A stretch of 20,000 nt of DNA, taken from the IMG/VR virus record IMGVR_UViG_3300050343_000171; one strand, given 5' to 3'. Of this stretch, positions 15,861-20,000 are shown piece by piece; position 1 is the first letter of the stretch; every line of letters starts with the position of its first letter. The stretch comes from an uncultured virus (IMG/VR IMGVR_UViG_3300050343_000171). Its lineage: Duplodnaviria > Heunggongvirae > Uroviricota > Caudoviricetes > Crassvirales. A program made the translations under genes and the position numbers. The notes beneath the pieces are model-generated. The model saw nothing but the letters and a program-made list of their open reading frames with translations, did no database searches and had not been told where the DNA came from.

Positions 15861-18800
15861 ATGACTATATACAAGTACAAAGATTTTACTTATTCTCAAG
15901 AAGAAATTGACGAAAAAGTTAATAGCTTAGGAACTACTTTAGAAGAATATTTAATAAAAAATCCTGAAATAAAAGCTGAAAAAGAAAACGAAGAAATAAT
16001 TGTTGATGAAGAAGTTTCTCCAGATTTTCAAACGGACACCGCAACAAGCGCGGATGTGGTGTCGACAGATGTTGTAGCGCCAATAGTGAATACGGAATTA
16101 GACTTGGTAGATACTTCTTCGGTTTCATCAGATCCTAATGTTGTTTTAAGTAAAAAAGAATTTGAAAGCATACTTCCTGAAGGTGAAGATGTTGCTAATG
16201 AAGACAATATAAAAAGAGATTTAAACTCTATATTTAAAACCAAAGGTGTTGGAGTAAAAGTAGATATACCATTTAAACCAGGTCTTGATGTAATTTCATT
16301 AACTAATATTGAAACTGGAGAAACAACAGAAATACCTTTGTTTAAAAATGTACGAGGAAATACTCAAGGCTCAATGCAGTTAATTAAAAACCCTGAAGCT
16401 TATGATCAAATAGCTGAGTTTTTAAAAAATAATAGTAAAACATCTAGTCTTGTAGGTAATGTTTACAAGAACACGGGTCTTGCTCCAGAAGATTATTTTA
16501 CAGATGAACAACCAGATTTTAATCCAAATATGGATTCTGTTTCTACTCAAATAGAGCTATCGGACAGTTCTAGTGCTGTTAAATACGATGCTGATCAGAT
16601 GAATGCTATAGCTGATAATGCTGCAGAAAACTTTATTAATGCTTTTAAAGATCCTAGCATTGTAGGTTTAAACCTTAAAGATGATAGAATTGCCAACTAT
16701 AATTACAGCGATGATGAAATGAATAAACTTATTGATGCTGTTTATGAAGATGTTAAATTAGACACTGAATTAAATTTTTCTAAAAGAGATTTTGCAAAAC
16801 TATATGGAACAAAAAGTAATTTAATAAATACTTTTAAAAGAACTGCAGCGATAGAAGAAACTAGAAATAATATTTATAAAAATAATAAAGAATATTCTCT
16901 TGAATCAAGAACTGATTTTAAAAACGAATCACATGCTGCTAGATTAAAAGATACAAATGAATTTGAAACAAAACTATACGAAATTAATAGATCTATATTA
17001 ACTACAAATAAAAAAATTAGTGACTTAAAAAGTCAATTGCTTCAAGGTCCACCTGAAAAAGTTTCTAATGGAGACAATTTTGATGAAAAAAAATGGTATG
17101 ATAGCATTCAAATTCAAATAGAAACAGAACAAGATAAGATTAAAAGTTTTGGTAAACAAATAAATACTAATGCTAGGCTTGCCGCAAAAGCTTACGCTAA
17201 CTCAGAATCAAGACAAATTCAAACCCCAGGTGGAATTCTTAAAACTATAGGTTATAAAGAAGCGTACGATCAAAAATACAAAGAATTATCAGATTTAAAT
17301 TTCGTTAGTGGTAAAGATGCTTTTACTAGAGCTGAGGAAAGAAAAACAAAAGGAAACATATATAATCAAAGTTATGATTCAATGCAGTCTTCTCTTTCAG
17401 ATTACATAACTGGATTAAGAGTTATAGATAGAAGTTTAACAACTCAAGAGGGCGCAGAATTATTTGCAGACACAAAGTATACTGAAAAACTAGATATACT
17501 GACTGATGGTAGAAATGAAAATATTAGATTTAAATTTGGAGCAGTTCCTTATAGTAAAAAATCTATGATGAGTTATCATGGTTTTACTGCAGATGAAAAA
17601 ACTGGTTATTATGATATTTCTGTTTTTGACTATCAAAGACTTTTGGGTAATACCTTGACTACAACTATAATTAGCGACGACGATAAAAACAAAATAAAAA
17701 TATTTAAAGATAATTTAGAAGCTGTTGATGGAGAGCTTGATGCTGTTTGGGAAACTATTTATTTAAACAAAGATATTCAAAACATAAAATCAGATAGTAA
17801 TCTTGCTATTTTTGGTGGTGCTGCTATAGAAGCTTTAGCTGATACTGTTGGCCTTGATTATGACGCAGGAGGTACGATACAATTAAAAAGAAATGTTGAG
17901 GCCCTTAATTTAGAATACAACGAGGTATATGCGCAAGACATTATAGATGGTAAAATGCCTGCCGCACAGTTTACTCCTGAGCAATTAGAAGCATTAAAAA
18001 TTACTTTTGGTCCAACTTTTGCTGAAATGGCTGGAGGATTTGTACCATTGTTTGGTGAAATTATGGCTTTAACAGCTGTAACAGGAGGTGCTATGAATTA
18101 TTTAGGCGCTGCTAAATGGATACAACAAGCATTAAAATCTGGATCAACTTGGGAAAAACTTAGCGCTACAATGGTTACAGGTGGTGTTGAAGAAGCAAAA
18201 ATGAGGTTGTTAGGTTTTCCACCTGGAACTGGAGCTATATTTGGTGTTAGTGGTGTGTTAGCCAGAGGAGTTAGAATATCAAACTCTGCTGGAGGACAAT
18301 CAGTTATGGATCCATTTTTTCAAAACGGAATAAAAACAGCTGTAATGGGTGTAGCGGCTTCCGAAGCTAGTCATATTTTAGAAAAACAAATAGAAGATTT
18401 AAAAGGAAACGAAAATTTCATGGCTGCATTTAATGAGCTTTATGGAGACATGGACGAAGTATCTAAAAGAGTTGCTTTAAATGGTTTATTATTTGCTAGT
18501 ACTGGTGTTTTTCACATGAAAGGAACTGATTTTATTGGAACAAATCAAATAAATAAAACAATAAGAGATTTATATACTAAAAGAATTGCTTTAACAAAAG
18601 AAGCTAAACTAACTGGCCTTGAAGGTAAAACACTAGAAATGGTCGATAGAAAGCTAACTAATAAAGAAAAAAAATTAGTAAAATCTTATGATCAATCAAT
18701 AAACAATTTACAAAAAGTTGTTGAACTTAGAAATGGTGGTGCTTTAATTAGTATAGATGATCCAAACTTACAAAAAACTTTACAAACAAAGTCAATGGAT

Positions 18801-20000
18801 CCAATCACTAATATTCTAAAAAAAGGTGGTGGTGATATTAAATCAGGCGTTTTAACTGTTGTTTCAGATGCAAAAGTTGCAAGAGAAAAATTATGGGATG
18901 CTGATAAAGGTGTGGAAGTTCCTGCTAGATTTAATTCGATCTTCGGAAATGGAAAATATGAAGTATTAGTTAATAAAAGATTGGCTAATAAAATGATAGA
19001 AGAAGGGGTTGTTGGTAGTATTCAAGATTTAGTTAATCATGAAATGACTCACTACGTTAGAAGTGTTACTAATAAAAAATTTCCTAATTCTCAACCTAGA
19101 ATTGTAGGTGATGTTATGAACAGACTACCTAAAATGAGTCCTGAAAGTATTGAAGCAGCTGGACTTCCTAAAGGAGGCTTAAGAAGGTTTAGAGTAATAA
19201 TGGAAAAAGCGTATGAAAAAGATGGTGTTGCTATGTCTGAAAATATGTCAAAAGAAGAGCAGTTAGCTTATGTAGTTCAAATATTTTCTAGACCAGAGTT
19301 ATATTATACAGCTGAAGCCCCTAATTTTATTACTGAAGTAATAAAAGATATTAAAACAAACTTTGATCTTGTAGGTTATAAAGGTAATCCTCCCACAAAA
19401 GCTTCGGAAATACAAAGTTATTTCTTTGAAGCATTAAGGGAAATGAAAACTGGTAAAGCTCAGAAATTTGTTGACATGTTAGCGCCAGAGATGAATGCTT
19501 TTAAAGACAGAAACATACAGTTTGTAGAAAGAGGTAATGGAACTATAGGTATTGTAGTAGATGAAAAAACTACACAAAGAGATTCTAAATTAATTGAAGC
19601 TGAAGAAACTGCGGTTAAAAAAGAAAGCTACACTGTAACTAACGAACTGTTTAAAGATAGAAAAGGTTGGAATGACGGTAAACCTACAAAAGAATTTTTA
19701 AAGACTTTAGAAAACGAAAAAGATAAAGCTTTAATATTAAAAGCTGCACAACCTGTTTTTGCGGCTTCAATGAAAAGATTGTATACAAGAACTTTAGAGG
19801 GTAATCGTGAGGGTGTAACTTATGAGCAGTTTAAGAAAGATCTTGAACAAGAGTATTATCAAAGATTTTTAGACTATGATGTTTCAAAAGTTGGGGAAAA
19901 AAATTTGCCAATAGCCGAACAAACAAGTAATTTATATAACTTAAGAATAAACAAACTGGGTACTGAGCAGTTTAAGCAAACCAGCTTCACATCAAGTATT
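15861..20000 (+). CDS. Giant putative ejection/polyvalent virion protein (at least 1380 aa, 3'-truncated) with a hydrophobic segment and a zincin HExxH motif
   Basis: Translated by hand: MTIYKYKDFTYSQEEIDEKV... with no stop up to the window end, which explains its absence from the ORF track. The start context TAAATTATG matches the genes at 4152 and 10607. HEMTH at 19038-19052. Confidence 0.85.
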   Translation, partial: MTIYKYKDFTYSQEEIDEKVNSLGTTLEEYLIKNPEIKAEKENEEIIVDEEVSPDFQTDTATSADVVSTDVVAPIVNTELDLVDTSSVSSDPNVVLSKKEFESILPEGEDVANEDNIKRDLNSIFKTKGVGVKVDIPFKPGLDVISLTNIETGETTEIPLFKNVRGNTQGSMQLIKNPEAYDQIAEFLKNNSKTSSLVGNVYKNTGLAPEDYFTDEQPDFNPNMDSVSTQIELSDSSSAVKYDADQMNAIADNAAENFINAFKDPSIVGLNLKDDRIANYNYSDDEMNKLIDAVYEDVKLDTELNFSKRDFAKLYGTKSNLINTFKRTAAIEETRNNIYKNNKEYSLESRTDFKNESHAARLKDTNEFETKLYEINRSILTTNKKISDLKSQLLQGPPEKVSNGDNFDEKKWYDSIQIQIETEQDKIKSFGKQINTNARLAAKAYANSESRQIQTPGGILKTIGYKEAYDQKYKELSDLNFVSGKDAFTRAEERKTKGNIYNQSYDSMQSSLSDYITGLRVIDRSLTTQEGAELFADTKYTEKLDILTDGRNENIRFKFGAVPYSKKSMMSYHGFTADEKTGYYDISVFDYQRLLGNTLTTTIISDDDKNKIKIFKDNLEAVDGELDAVWETIYLNKDIQNIKSDSNLAIFGGAAIEALADTVGLDYDAGGTIQLKRNVEALNLEYNEVYAQDIIDGKMPAAQFTPEQLEALKITFGPTFAEMAGGFVPLFGEIMALTAVTGGAMNYLGAAKWIQQALKSGSTWEKLSATMVTGGVEEAKMRLLGFPPGTGAIFGVSGVLARGVRISNSAGGQSVMDPFFQNGIKTAVMGVAASEASHILEKQIEDLKGNENFMAAFNELYGDMDEVSKRVALNGLLFASTGVFHMKGTDFIGTNQINKTIRDLYTKRIALTKEAKLTGLEGKTLEMVDRKLTNKEKKLVKSYDQSINNLQKVVELRNGGALISIDDPNLQKTLQTKSMDPITNILKKGGGDIKSGVLTVVSDAKVAREKLWDADKGVEVPARFNSIFGNGKYEVLVNKRLANKMIEEGVVGSIQDLVNHEMTHYVRSVTNKKFPNSQPRIVGDVMNRLPKMSPESIEAAGLPKGGLRRFRVIMEKAYEKDGVAMSENMSKEEQLAYVVQIFSRPELYYTAEAPNFITEVIKDIKTNFDLVGYKGNPPTKASEIQSYFFEALREMKTGKAQKFVDMLAPEMNAFKDRNIQFVERGNGTIGIVVDEKTTQRDSKLIEAEETAVKKESYTVTNELFKDRKGWNDGKPTKEFLKTLENEKDKALILKAAQPVFAASMKRLYTRTLEGNREGVTYEQFKKDLEQEYYQRFLDYDVSKVGEKNLPIAEQTSNLYNLRINKLGTEQFKQTSFTSSI
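16022..16080 (+). promoter_or_regulatory. Candidate -1 ribosomal frameshift cassette (shifty site, spacer, stem-loop/pseudoknot)
   Basis: A_GAT_TTT at 16022-16028 in the 0 frame, 6-nt spacer CAAACG, and a 9-bp stem GACACCGCA (16035-16043)/TGTGGTGTC (16055-16063). Loop GCGC (16048-16051) can pair with GCGC (16077-16080). Confidence 0.55.
16028..16138 (+). CDS. Overlapping -1 frame segment (36 aa), putative transframe C-terminus
   Basis: SNGHRNKRGCGVDRCCSANSEYGIRLGRYFFGFIRS* (TAA 16136-16138). The frame is closed upstream by TGA 16007-16009 and contains no ATG. Confidence 0.5.
   Translation, partial: SNGHRNKRGCGVDRCCSANSEYGIRLGRYFFGFIRS

Noticed and set aside
853..16243. Short minus-strand ORFs and the 1606..1791 plus-strand ORF from the track
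   Set aside because: They lie within or overlap long plus-strand genes, are 60-104 aa, and have no recognisable motif; they look like shadow frames.
16512..16522. Second in-frame CCA GAT TTT, identical to the candidate shift site
   Set aside because: The -1 frame hits TAA immediately and no GC-rich stem follows. It shows that the heptamer alone is not diagnostic and would serve as a negative control.
1..20000. Stop-codon reassignment (TAG/TGA), as in some gut crAss-like phages
   Set aside because: All genes end in TAA, but the long ORFs read through under the standard code with no in-frame TAG or TGA, so there is no positive evidence of recoding.
15861..20000. Virion RNA polymerase (as in phi14:2 gp66/crAss-like phages)
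   Set aside because: No DxDxD-type catalytic motif (DFDID) was seen in the 1380 translated codons. It could lie beyond the window, so it cannot be called here.
1..20000. CRISPR arrays, tRNAs, introns/inteins, DGR repeats, IS elements
   Set aside because: The window is almost fully coding with short spacers. By eye I saw no direct-repeat array, cloverleaf, intein or homing-endonuclease motif, reverse transcriptase or transposase.

Overview
AT-rich, all-plus-strand virion morphogenesis module of a podovirus-type dsDNA phage, most likely a marine or environmental Bacteroidota (Flavobacteriia) phage of the broad crAss-like assemblage. Gene order: putative scaffold (5'-truncated), major capsid protein, conserved capsid-adjacent protein, two adaptor/ring proteins, a tail stabilisation/nozzle protein apparently split into two genes, a GNAT-fold protein, two ejection proteins, and a giant 3'-truncated ORF (15861..>20000, at least 1380 aa) missing from the ORF track. 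The main unexpected signal is about 55 codons into the giant ORF: a shifty A_GAU_UUU site, a 6-nt spacer and a GC-rich stem-loop or possible pseudoknot. These open a 36-codon -1 frame that has no start codon and ends ...YGIRLGRYFFGFIRS*, a candidate programmed -1 frameshift giving a 92-aa transframe protein. The giant protein also has a Gly/Ala-rich membrane-type segment, a zincin HExxH motif and a possible sigma-70 region-2-like domain. The 588-aa gene appears to continue in the +1 frame. Family assignments come from motif and synteny recognition only; no searches were run.
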